From the NCBI GenBank assembly GCA_964016885.1, contig OZ024741.1, positions 335,172,001 to 335,236,000 of the forward strand: a stretch of DNA of 64,000 nt, written 5' to 3'. The position numbers and the translations under genes were made by a program. Origin of the DNA: Eledone cirrhosa (lineage: Eukaryota). The notes beneath the pieces were generated by a model. That model was not told the DNA's origin and did not search any database. It saw only the letters and a list, made by a program, of their open reading frames with translations. Positions within the stretch are counted from its first letter, which is position 1, and each line of letters starts with the position of its first letter. Positions 13,490-25,404 of this stretch are shown one piece after another.

Positions 13490-13695
13490 AACGAAGGAAA
13501 TGTGGTAAGGAACCAGGTGGACCATAACGCACCAAAGTACTCAATACTTAGGGTAGTAGAGTGAGTAATAGGAACGAGTAGGACCCCGACGGCTGAGCTC
13601 AAGCCATTTCGACGGCTAATTCTTTTTTTTTTTAGTCCAGAATTAGCCGTCGAAACGGCTTGAGCTCAGCCGTCGGGGTCCTACTCGTTCCTATA
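13490..13695 (-). mobile_element. Hairpin+tail element retaining the 3' half of a hammerhead
   Basis: 13568-13622 inverted to 13639-13694; GAA-ACGGC-ttgagctca-GCCGT-C-ggggtc; tail with aagtactcaa. Confidence 0.75.
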
Positions 13696-14339
13696 TATAT
13701 ATATATATATATATAAATATATATATATATTTCAACACAGCAACAACTACAACAACAACAACAGCAGCAACACCAACAACAACAACGGCAACAACACCAT
13801 TGTCTGTGTTGAATGTGTGTGTATGTATGTATTTGTATATATGCGACAGCTATAACAGCATCAACACCATTGTCTGCAGCAACAGCAGCAGTGAAATGAA
13901 GAACAACAACAACAACATCGACAAGAGCAACAACGACAACAACAGCAACAGCAGCAGCAACTACAATAACAACTACAGCACCAACAACTGCCACCACCAT
14001 CACTGACCATCCACCACCACCACACTGAGACCATCGACCACCATTCACCGCCACCACCGCCATTACCAGCGTAAAGCAAACAATTATTATTATTATTATA
14101 TACAAGCTGAACTGGACTGGGAAAGGTCAACAGTTGACATGATTTTGATTTTGTATTTGTATCAGTACTGTCGGTAATATATATATATATATGTGTGTTT
14201 GTGAGTGGTGTGTGTGAGTGTATGCATGAATGAGTGTTGGTATGTGAGTGGCGGGTGTGTGGTTGTGGTTTGTATGCATGAGTGTTGGTGTGTGAGTGTG
14301 TGTGTGTGCGTCGTGTCAATAAGGTTTTTTTTTTTTTAT

Positions 14340-17300
14340 GACCATGCTGTAAAATGGAGTGTTAGAGAGGCCCCTTGAGTCTAGTAAGACATCCTCTCTA
14401 GTGCTGGTGACACAAATAAAAGCACCCAGTCCATGCTGTAAACTGGCGCTGGTGTTAGGAAGGGCATCCAACCAGTGTATCAATGCCAAAACGCTTATCA
14501 GCACAGCAACAAAAAGGAACAACAACAAAATATGAAGACGTCGCATCTCAGAGTTGCAACACTTAATGTTGGCACTCTCAGAGGTAAATCTGCTGAAATA
14601 GCGGAGATGCTGGAGAGAAGGCAGGTGGATGTGTGCTGCGTGCAAGAGGTGAGATGGAGAGGTGCCTCTGCGAAACTAGTCGTAGGCAAACGTCTTAGCT
14701 ATAAGCTATTCTGGGTAGGTAAGGATGATAGGTTAGGGGGAGTAGGCATTTTCCTGGCTGAGAAATGGATCAATAAGACAATAGAAGTAGTTCGAGTTAG
14801 TAATCGAATAATTAAGCTTAGATTAGTTGTAGGCAGGAGACTACTGACAATCATCTCGGCCTATGCTCCCCAAGCAGGCCTAGGCAAAGATGAGAAAGAC
14901 TGCTTTTATGAGCAACTTTTGCAAACAACCGCACTGACAGAGGACGGAGACATCGTTATGCTAGCAGGAGACTTCAATGGTCATGTTGGACAGCTCCAGG
15001 ATGGTTACACTGGGGTACATGGTGGGCACGGTTACGGTTCAAGAAATGAAGAAGGAGTGAGACTTCTTGAATTTTGTGATGCAGGTACATTGACTATTTG
15101 CAACACAAACTTCCAGAAACCTGCCAATCACCTAATAACCTACAAATCTGGTGAGCACATAAGCCAGATTGACTTTTTACTAGTTAGGCAGTGGGACAGG
15201 CAGATAGTGTCTAATACCAAGGCATACCCTGGGGAAGAATGCACCCCACAGCATAGGTTAGTTGCTAGTGATATCTCAGTAAGCAAGAGATGGAATGAGA
15301 CATATAGGAAGGTGTGGAGAAGAAAGGTCTGGAAGCTAAAAGACCTTTCACTAAAATACAAATTTAGGAAAGCCCTTCAAGATGTATATGACGAAAAAGA
15401 AGACGATTAAGAGACGTATGACATAGATAATAACTGGAATATCCTACGTGACAACTTGCTGCAGGCTACTGATGAAACTTGTGGCTGGAGCAGAGCTCCA
15501 ACCAGACAGAGACTGACCTGGTGGTGGAACAGCACAGTAGATAAGGCTATTAGAGACAAAAGACTAGCATGGAAGGCTTGGTAAAAGGGTGGGAGTAGGG
15601 AAGAATATACAGCCACTAAGAGAGAAGCTAGACGTCAGGTGTACTTAGCACGCAGGGAGGCAGAGAGTAGGAGGTTTGCCAATGTTCTGCGACGGGAAGA
15701 TCAGAGGCGTGCGGTGTTCCACATTGCAAGGCAGTGTGTCAATGAAAATCAGGATGTTGTTGGAGATAAATGTGTCCGGGATGATGCCAGTGTACTTAGT
15801 GTCACGAATGATCAGAAAAAGGAGGCCTGGAAATGTCATTAGGAGAGACTGATGAATGTGGAGAACAAATGGGAGAGAGAGAAATTACCCTTGGTAGATC
15901 CGACAGAGGGACCAGCTATTGAGATTGACGAATATAGGGTCCAAGAGGCGAATAGCGAAATGAAAAATGGTAAGGCTGCCGGACCATCGGGAATAGTTGC
16001 TGATATGCTGAAGGCATCAGGGGATGTAGGCACTAAACTGGTTGCACGCATCATCAATCAGGCTATATATGGTGGTGTCATACCCAAAGACTGGTGCAGC
16101 AGTATTCTCATAAATTGCTATAAAGGTAAAGGGGATGCTTTGGAGAGGAGCAATTATAGGGGTATAAAACTGATAGATCAGGTTATGAAAGTGGCAGAAA
16201 GGATTTTAGCACAACTAATTAGAGAAAGGGTCAAACTAGATGAGATGCAGTTTGGTTTTGTGCCTGGGAAGAGTACAACAGATTCCCTCTTCTTGGTGAG
16301 ACAATTGCAAGAGAGGTTCTTAGAGAAGAATAAGCCACTATACTTAGCCTTTGTTGACCTAGAGAAGGCCTTTGATAGGGTACCCCGATCTGTCATCTGG
16401 TGGTCCCTAAGGAAGCTAGGTGTTGAGGAATGGCTTGTGAGGACAGTGCAAACTTTGTACAGAGGTACTCTCAGTAAAGTCAGGGTAGGAATAGAGTTTA
16501 GTGAGGAATTCCAGATACAAGTAGGAGTACATCAGGGTTCGGTCCTCAGCCCGCTCTTGTTCATTATAGTCCTCCAAGCCATAACAGAGGAGTTTAAGAC
16601 TTGCTGTCCATGGGAACTTCTCTATGCTGACGATCTGGTTCTTATAGCAGAATCAGTAGCGGAGCTAGAGAATAAATTCTGGCTATAGAAAGAGCAGTTG
16701 GAAGCAAGAAGACTGAGAGTGAATCTAGCTAAGACAAAAGTGTTGATGAGTAGAAAAGAGGACAAAACCCTGATTCTGTCAGGGAAATGGCCATGTTCGA
16801 TATGCAGAAAAGGAACTGGCATAAATTCTATAAAATGCACACAATGCAGATCCTGGGTACACAAGAGATGTAGCGGGATAGCAGGCAAACTAACAGGTAG
16901 AGAGAAATATGTGCAGTAGATGTACAGGGAAATTAGACAGTAGAAGTCGCATTGATAGACACATTTTTCAAATGCAGGAGGGCGCTATAGAAGTGGTGGA
17001 TAGCTTCCGGTACCTAGGAGATCAGATTAACATGGGAGGAGGGTGTTCCGAGGCCATAGTATCTAGAATAAGGACGGGTTGGAAGAAGTTTAGGGAGCTG
17101 CTTCCTCTGTTGACGAAGAAGGATTTCTCCCTGCGTACGAAAGGCCAGTTGTATGATGCCTGTGTGAGGAGCGCGATGCTGCATGGTAGTGAGACATGGG
17201 CAGTAACGGCAGAGGACATGCGACGGCTGGAGAGAAATGAGGCAAGCATGCTCCGTTGGATGTGCAGTGTAAATGTGCATGAACGACCCAGCTTAAATGT

Positions 17301-17620
17301 GTTGAGAGAGAAACTGTGTCTGAGAGGGATAGAATGTAGTGTACGGGAGAGGAGACTGAGGTGGTATGGACATGTGATGCGTATGGAGGATGACCGATGG
17401 GTGAAGAAGTGCCAGGAATTGCCAGTTGAAGGAAGACGTGGTAGAGGTAAACCACGAAAAACATGGGCGGAGGTGGTGAGAACAGACCTCAGATCATTGA
17501 AGCTCACGGTGGAGATGACGAGGGACCGTGACGAGTGGAGAGATGCTGTGCTGAATAAGACCCGTCCCACCCTTGCAAGTAGGGAAAAGCGGACGTAAAA
17601 TGATGATGATGATGATGATA
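14340..17620 (+). mobile_element. Near full-length RTE-clade LINE, subfamily A
   Basis: 5' UTR with ggaagggcatcc motif, single EN+RT ORF, 3' end cccacccttgcaag..cggacgtaaaa(TGA)n abutting TA. Confidence 0.95.
14532..17598 (+). pseudogene. RTE ORF: APE endonuclease + reverse transcriptase with PHD finger, disrupted
   Basis: EN motifs LNVGTL, VQEVRW, SAYAP, GDFNGH, QIDF; RT motifs NYRGI, QFGF, FVDLEKAFD, GVHQGSVLSP, YADD, FRYLG; stops at ~15408, 15582, 15840, 16686 and frameshift ~16910. Confidence 0.95.
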
Positions 17621-17625
17621 TAAAA

Positions 17626-17667
<42 letters not shown>

Positions 17668-17669
17668 TT

Positions 17670-17832
17670 ATTTAGGTTTGAAGGTTCACCACTGGATAGA
17701 GCTGGTCAATTCCGTATGGTCAATCTTGATGTAATAATATGGAGAGAACTCAACGTAAAGCAGCTCAACCGTCTTATAATAAAACTTTCAAGGATATACA
17801 CAAGTCCAGCCTACTGTTATTTTATTATATTA
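17670..17832. mobile_element. 160-bp minimal derivative of the 10501-13110 element
   Basis: First ~95 nt match tail 10506-10600; rest matches arm end 13054-13102; inverse copy at 22282-22445; both within (TA)n. Confidence 0.8.
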
Positions 17833-17842
17833 TATATATATA

Positions 17843-20052
17843 TGTCGGGGAGAAGTGTGTACTTAATGATGACGGCGTACTTGCCATCACCGACGCTGAT
17901 AAGAAGGTAGCTTGGACGTGTCACTATGAAAGGCTACTAAATGAGGAGAATAAATGGGAGAAAGACAGTCTCCCCCACATCGACCCAATAGAGGGACCAG
18001 CAGTGTTAGTCGATGGTAGTATAATAAGTAAGGCAATCAAGGATATGAAGACGGGTAAGGCGGCTGGGCCTTCGGAAATAGTTGCTGAGATGCTGAAGGC
18101 ATCTGGCACGGTGGGACACACCATGGTCACCCGGATAGTTAACCAAGTCGTACAGAATGGGGTTGTTCCGAAGGACCGACATAGCAGCATCATCGTTAAC
18201 TGTTATAAGGGTAAAGGAGATGCCCTAGATAGGAGTAACTATAGAGGCATTAAATTAATCGACCAGGTCATGAAGGTCACAGAAAAAGTAATAGCGCAAC
18301 TAATCAGAGAGCGAATTGACCTAAATGAAATGCAGTTCGGGTTTGTGTCATGCAAAAGTACCACAAACGCTCTTTTCATTGTACGACAACTACAGGAGAA
18401 GTACCTAGCTAAAAGTAAACCCCTCTACTTAGCTTTTGTCGACTTGGAGAAAGCCTTCGACAGAGTCCCCCGTTCCATTATCTGGTGGGCCCTTAGAAAA
18501 CTAGGTGTTGACGAATGGCTTGTGAGAGCTATACAAGCCATGTATAAAGAAACAGTCAGCAAGGTTAGAATTAACAACGAATATAGTGAAGAGTTTAGCG
18601 TAAAAGTTGGCGTCCATCAGGGCTCTGTTCTCAGCCCCCTATTTATTATTGCCCTTCAGGCTATAACAGAGGAGTTCAAGACCGGCTGCCCATGGGAACT
18701 CCTATACGCAGACGACCTAACACTCATAGCTGAATCAATGGCCGAGCTCGAGAAGAAATTCCAAACATGGAAGCACGGCCTAGAATCAAAAGGCCTTAAA
18801 ATTAATCTGGCTAAGACCAAAGTTCTAGTTTGTAGGAAAGAAAATAAGGCGGCGGTCCCTTCCGGGAAGTGGCCATGCTCAGTGTGTAGGAAAGGCGTAG
18901 GTAGAAACTCCATTTTGTGTCAGAAATTTAAAAGTATGGGTGCATAAAAGATGTAGTGGGATCACAGGTAAGCTAACTAAGAACATAGATTTTACATGTG
19001 GCCGGTGTTCTGGGGAAATAAGTAGCAGCAAGTGCCCACTAAATACTAGCTCTTTCAACTGCGCAGAGGGCTCTATAGAAATAGTGGACAGCTTCCGTTA
19101 CCTGGGTGACAAAATCAGCAGTGGGGGAGGGTGCTCTGAAAGTACAGTAGCTAGAGTCAGAACTGGATGGAAAAAGTTCAGAGAGCTTATAACACTATTA
19201 GCCGCTAAAGGGTTCTCCCTAAAAACGAAAGGCAGGTTGTATGATGCCTGCATACGAACAGCAATGTTGCATGGCAGTGAGACCTGGGTATTGTGTGCAG
19301 AGGATATACGCAGACTAGAGAGGAATGAAGCTTGCATGCTCCACTGGATGTGTAATAGTAATATACGTGAACGGCAAAGCATAAACGAACTAAGGAAAAA
19401 ATTAGAAATAAGAGGGATCAGATGTTGTTTACTCGAGAGAAGGCTACGTTGGTATGGACACGTGATGCGCATGAAAGTCGATAGCTGTATAACAAAGTGC
19501 AGGGCAATAAAGATAGACGGTAGCCACGGAATAGACAGACCTAGAAAAACCTGCGACGAGCTGATAAACTCCGACCTCACACACTTACACCTCTCCAAGA
19601 CAATGTCACTGGACCGAGACCTTTGGCGGTACTCAGTAATAGAGAAGACCCGCCTTACCTAAAATAGTAAAACCTACTACAGTCAGTAGGCATCTCTAAC
19701 AAAATACACCCCCGTCCCACCACCCCCACCCCATCCACACCGCCCCCTTCTATGTAAAGTTATGTTGGTGCCACAACATCCAGGCCGAAACAAATGAGAT
19801 CATGTAGGTGTCACGACAAAAAAACACACAGTCCACGCTGTAATGTGGCTGTGTAGGTAACACGGTAAAAACCTCCCAGACCCACACTGTAAATGTGGTT
19901 GGTGTTAGGAAGGGCATCCAACTGTAGAAAACCTGCCAGACAGTCCTATGCAAGCAAGACAATCACTCTTGCCTCAAGTGGGAAAACCCCCGTCCAAACC
20001 CATGCAAGCGTGGAACACGGACGTTAAACGTTGATGATGATGATGACGATGA
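17843..20052 (+). mobile_element. 5'-truncated RTE LINE, subfamily B
   Basis: RT motifs FVDLEKAFD, YADD, FRYLG; PHD region frameshifted ~18930; ~380-nt 3' UTR; (TGA)n tail. Confidence 0.95.
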
Positions 20053-20131
20053 TATATATATATATATCATCAATATATATATATATATATATATATAATC
20101 AATATATATATATCATCAATATATATATATA

Positions 20132-21297
20132 TCATCATCATCATCATCATCATCGTTTAACGTCCGTGTTCCACACTTGCATGGGTTTGGACGGGGGTTT
20201 TCCCACTTGAGGCAAGAGTGATTGTCTTGCTCGCATAGGACTGTCTGGCAGGTTTTCTACAGTTGGATGCCCTTCCTAACACCAACCACATTTACAGTGT
20301 GGGTCTGGGAGGTTTTTACCGTGTTGCCTACACGGCCACATTACAGCGTGGACTGTGTGTTTTTTTGTCGTGACACCTACACGATCTCATTTGTTTCGGC
20401 CTGGATGGTGTGGCACCAACATAACTTTACATAGAAGGGGGCGGTGTGGATGGGGTGGGGGTGGTGGGACGGGGGTGTATTTTGTTAGAGATGCCTACTG
20501 ACTGTAGTAGGTTTTACTTTGTATTTAGGTAAGGCGGGTCTTCTCTATTACTGATTACCGCCAAAGGTCTCGGTCCAGTGACATTGTCTTGGTGAGGTGT
20601 AAGTGTGTGAGGTCGGAGTTTATCAGGTCGTCCCAGGTTTTTCTGGGTCTGCCTATTCCGTGGCTACCGTCTATCTTTATTGCCCTGCACTTTGTTATAC
20701 AGCTATCGTCCTTCATGCGCAACACGTGACCATACCAACGTAGCCTTCTCTCTAGTAAACAACATCTGATCCCTCTTATTTCTAATTTTTTCCTTAGTTC
20801 GTTTATGCTTTGTCGTTCACGTATATTACTATTACACATCCAGCGGAGCATGCAAGCTTCGTTTCTCTCTAGTCTGCGTATATCCTCTGCACACAATGCC
20901 CAGGTCTCACTGCCATGCAACATTGCTGTTCGTATGCAGGCATCATACAACCTGCCTTTCATTTTTAGGGAGAACCCTTTAGCGGCTAATAGTGGTATAA
21001 GCTCTCTGAACTTTTTCCACCCAGTTCTGACTCTAGCTACTGTACTTTCAGAGCACCCTCCCCCACTGCTGATTTTGTCACCCAGGTAACGGAAGCTGTC
21101 CACTATTTCTATAGAACCCTCTGCGCAGTTGAAAGAGCTAGTATTTGTGGGCACTTGCTGCTACTTATTTCCCCAGAACACCGGCCACATGTAAAATCTA
21201 TGTTCTTAGTTAGCTTACCTGTGATCCCACTACATCTTTTATGAACCCAAACTTTGCATTTGGGACACAAAATGGAATTTCTACCTACGCCTTTCCT
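20132..21297 (-). mobile_element. 5'-truncated RTE LINE, subfamily B
   Basis: ORF 20555-21154 nearly identical to 18940-19662; same 3' UTR. Confidence 0.95.
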
Positions 21298-22047
21298 AAT
21301 ATTTATTAAAATAACAGATTAAAGTTTAAGCAAAGAATCGCTGCTTTCACCCTTAACGGGATCTTCTGAAACTAACAAAGTCAATCTGTAAACGCAGAAG
21401 TGGATATTTCAAAAAACGTTGCAACCGGAGGAAGACAGGAAGACAATACTTTGGTTCGTGGAAACGTTCGCTGCAAAGAACGGGAAAAAAACGAATATAA
21501 TACGTCATTAATAGGAGCGGTGAAAAACAATTACACGCAAAGACAGAACCACGTTTATGGTATAAAACAGGTCGTAGACTAAAGTTCTCTTAGGTGGTTC
21601 ATAGAGACGTTCTCTGGCAATGAACAAAGTTTTTTTCGTTCATTGCCAGAGAACGTCTCTATGAACCACCTAAGAGAACTTTAGTCTACGACCTCTTTTA
21701 TACCATAAACGTGGTTCTGTCTTTGCGTGTAATTGTTTTTCACCGCTCCTATTAATGACGTATTATATTCGTTTTTTCCCGTTCTTTGCCAGCGAACGTT
21801 TCCACGAACCAAAGTATTGTCTTCCTGTCTTCCTCCGGTTGCAACGTTTTTTGAAATATCCACTTCTGCATTCACAGATTGACTTTGTTAGTTTCAGAAG
21901 ATCCCGTTAAGTGTGAAAGCAGCGATTCTTTGCTTAAACTTTAATCTGTTATTTTAATAAATATTTGCTCTACGGTTCTTATATATTTGATATATATTTA
22001 TCCTTATCGAGCCCTCTTTGGATTTTTGTCTTCAAATTTATTATTAT

Positions 22048-22050
<3 letters not shown>
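21298..22050 (+). mobile_element. Foldback element: ~330-bp palindrome arms plus tail
   Basis: 21298-21625 inverted to 21638-21965; tail 21966-22050 also seen at 50262-50306; ends at (TA)n. Confidence 0.85.
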
Positions 22051-22126
<76 letters not shown>

Positions 22127-22244
22127 GAAAGGATAAAAAGGACGATTGATTATTCCTCCATTACATTTATTGATAGGTGACACGCGTTTCACCACTGATC
22201 AGCTCAAAGTTCGATCTATATCGCGGGTGAACCTGCAGTAACCT

Positions 22245-22288
<44 letters not shown>

Positions 22289-22497
22289 ATAAAATAACAG
22301 TAGGCTGGACTTGTGTAAATCCTTGAAAGGTTTATTATAAGACGGTTGAGCTGCTTTACGTTGAGTACTCTCCATATTATTACATCAAGATTGACCATAC
22401 GGAATTGACCAACTCTATCCAGTGGTGAACCTTCAAAACTAAATAAATATATATATATATACATATTTATATATATATATATATATATACATACGTA

Positions 22498-22531
<34 letters not shown>

Positions 22532-22542
22532 CACATATATAT

Positions 22543-22595
<53 letters not shown>

Positions 22596-22614
22596 TATAT
22601 ACATATATATATAT

Positions 22615-22663
<49 letters not shown>

Positions 22664-22803
22664 AAAGTTAAACCAGGTTCAATGCATACATCAAAGAATG
22701 AGTTTTACAATAGATTGGAAACACTCAACTGAAAAAGGTTTTCCAGAGTTATTAATATTAATTCAAAATATTAACAAAATAGATATTCTTGTGATCAATT
22801 ATA

Positions 22804-22866
22804 TTTTATTATACATATTTCAGAGGTACTGAGTTAAGTTCAACAGTACGTCCTCATCAGATAAAA
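22804..22866 (-). ncRNA. Type I hammerhead ribozyme
   Basis: Minus: ttttat-CTGATGA-ggacgtactg..cagtacctct-GAA-ATATGTAT-A-ataaaa. Confidence 0.75.
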
Positions 22867-24808
22867 TAAAATGATACATGACATACCCTAACATATTAGA
22901 TGGTTAAGATTTAGTCATGGTAGTGATTAACTTATGACAAAACTTTAATATTTATACCCTAATATTGAGAACTTGAGATAACATAATACAAACAATAGGT
23001 TTTTGGGGACTCAGAAAGTTAATTTTGCATTTGTTTTTCTATGCATATCTAAGTATAAATATAACAAACCATAATAGCCGACAAATATTGGTCTATCTCT
23101 CCACTGAACTGGAGGTAAAACTACAATTATAGTATTACTAATAATTGTTTCTACTTTTGGCACAAGGCCAGCAATTAACCAGTGTATTACTGGCACTTTA
23201 TTTTATCGACCCTTATTTTATAGTATTACTAATAATGATTATAATTATTATTCTTATTAAATGTATACCGTTTCATTAATACCTATAATAATATCTCTAT
23301 ATAGTTGTACAAATATCTTTATCTAGTGTAATAACATAATCGTAGTTACATTCATAAATAATTTAGACACTCATATGACTTTATATTGTTATAAGTGTTT
23401 GATATTCCCTGGTAGGTCGAACTTATATAATCATTTACTTAATATAATATAATTTAATTTAACCTTTTATTTTATTTTATTTTATTTTATTTTATTTTAA
23501 TTTAGATTACCTTCGGCTTTTTCAAATATTTAGCTCTTCTTTTGATCACATTCGCTAAAATATTTTAGATATATCTTTTCTATACTATATTAAAACGCTA
23601 TTGCATTTATAATATAATATAATGTAGTATAATATTGTATAATATAATATAATATAATATATTTTTAAATATTGGACACCTTTAAGTGTCGCAAACTTTT
23701 CATTTTCATTTAATTTTATATTTATTTTGTACCTAGCCCCTATCATTAGGACACATATAGTTTTGTCTTATATCTTTATAGTGTATTTCAACTCAATGAA
23801 AATAATTGATATAAAACATTAATTCTTTAGCAATATTTTTAACAGCATTTTTAACTATATATATTTTTTAACAATATTTTCAGTAACTTATTTACTATAT
23901 TGCATAATTACATTATTATATTGTATTGTATTATATATATTTGAAAGGTATCACCTCATTATTGCATTATTATATTATGTTGTATATATTTGAAAGGTAT
24001 CACCTCAATTATAAACAAATAATAAACTATAATCTTTCTATTTTAGATCGATACATATATATAATTAAAAACTTGGACTTCTTTAAGTTTAGTTATAATT
24101 GATACTTTAGGCACTCAAACTATATAACAATAAATTCTTTAATAATTATAACTATAATTATTTTACAAATTATAGAAACTGTTGTCAATATTATAAATAA
24201 TTTTAGTATAGATTACCTTCGTGAAGATAGAAAAACATTATATGTATTTTCTTTCTCGTGTTTCGTAAATCCTTAAATTTGTTTTCATAAAATTTGAATT
24301 TTAGAAATTAAACATAATTATATTATAATATTAATACAAATATCTATTAACTTTTAAAACCTAAAATATTATTCCTTACCCTGAAATAACTTAAATTAAA
24401 TATTTTGAAAATTAACTGCCAAATATATTATTTTGGACATGTGTTACAAATATGGATATAAACTTGAACATAAATTACTCCCCTTTGTTTCTCTCTCTCT
24501 TTAATCATCTTTAATCCGTTGTTTCAAGCCACCTACTAAATATATTATCACATCAGCTGTTTCTTCCTCTATACTTTCCTTTCCCTCCTCTTTCTCCAGT
24601 AGTTTTTAAAAATTAAAAATTTTATGACTGTTATATTGATGCCCTGTATCTCTTAAACTCTATTAAACGCACCCTCTCTATTGTTTGTATTATGTTATCT
24701 CAAGTTCTCAATATTAGGGTATAAATATTGAGTTTTGTCATAAGTTAATCACTACCATGACTAAATCTTAACCATCTAATATGTCAGGGTATGTCATGTA
24801 TCATTTTA

Positions 24809-24871
24809 TTTTATCTGATGAGGACGTACTGTTGAACTTAACTCAGTACCTCTGAAATATGTATAGTAAAA
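24809..24871 (+). ncRNA. Type I hammerhead ribozyme (partner of 22804-22866)
   Basis: ttttat-CTGATGA-ggacgtactg..cagtacctct-GAA-ATATGTAT-A-gtaaaa. Confidence 0.75.
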
Positions 24872-24916
24872 TATAATTGATCACAAGAATATCTATTTTG
24901 TTAATATTTTGAATTA

Positions 24917-24952
<36 letters not shown>

Positions 24953-24959
<7 letters not shown>

Positions 24960-25390
24960 TTAGAATATTAATAAATGAAGACATTCACATAATCAAAATA
25001 TATGTTTTATTATATATATTTCGAAGGTACTGCGCTGTTTTTTCAGTACGTCAGATAAAATACATGAATTGATGTATGACATACCTCATCGGTCTTGATG
25101 GTTCAATTCCAGTATTGGCAGTTGGAATTGAATACTGGAATTTAACCATCAAGACCATTGAGGTATGTCATACATCAATTCATGTATTTTATCTGACAAG
25201 GACGTACTGAAAAAACAGCACAGTTCCTCGAAATATATATAATAAAACATATATTTTGATTAAGTGAATGTCTTCATTTATTAATATTCTGAATAATATT
25301 AATAACTCCAGAAAACTTCATTGTAGAGTGCTTTTAATCTATTGTAAAACTATATTCAATGAGTAATCAATGAACCATATTAATCTTTGG
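24953..25390 (+). mobile_element. Foldback element related to 22661-24920 with degenerate hammerheads
   Basis: 24953-25116 inverted to 25131-25298; plus core CTGACAA..GAA-ATATATAT-A-ataaaa at ~25187-25247; tail 25298-25390. Confidence 0.8.
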
Positions 25391-25404
25391 TTATATATAT
25401 TTAT

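Larger units (their letters stand above)
22661..24920 (-). mobile_element. 2.2-kb Penelope-like element, inverted ~240-bp arms with hammerheads, very AT-rich interior
   Basis: 22755-22998 inverted to 24678-24920; tail 22661-22755 with aaacactcaac; flanked by (TA)n. Confidence 0.8.
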
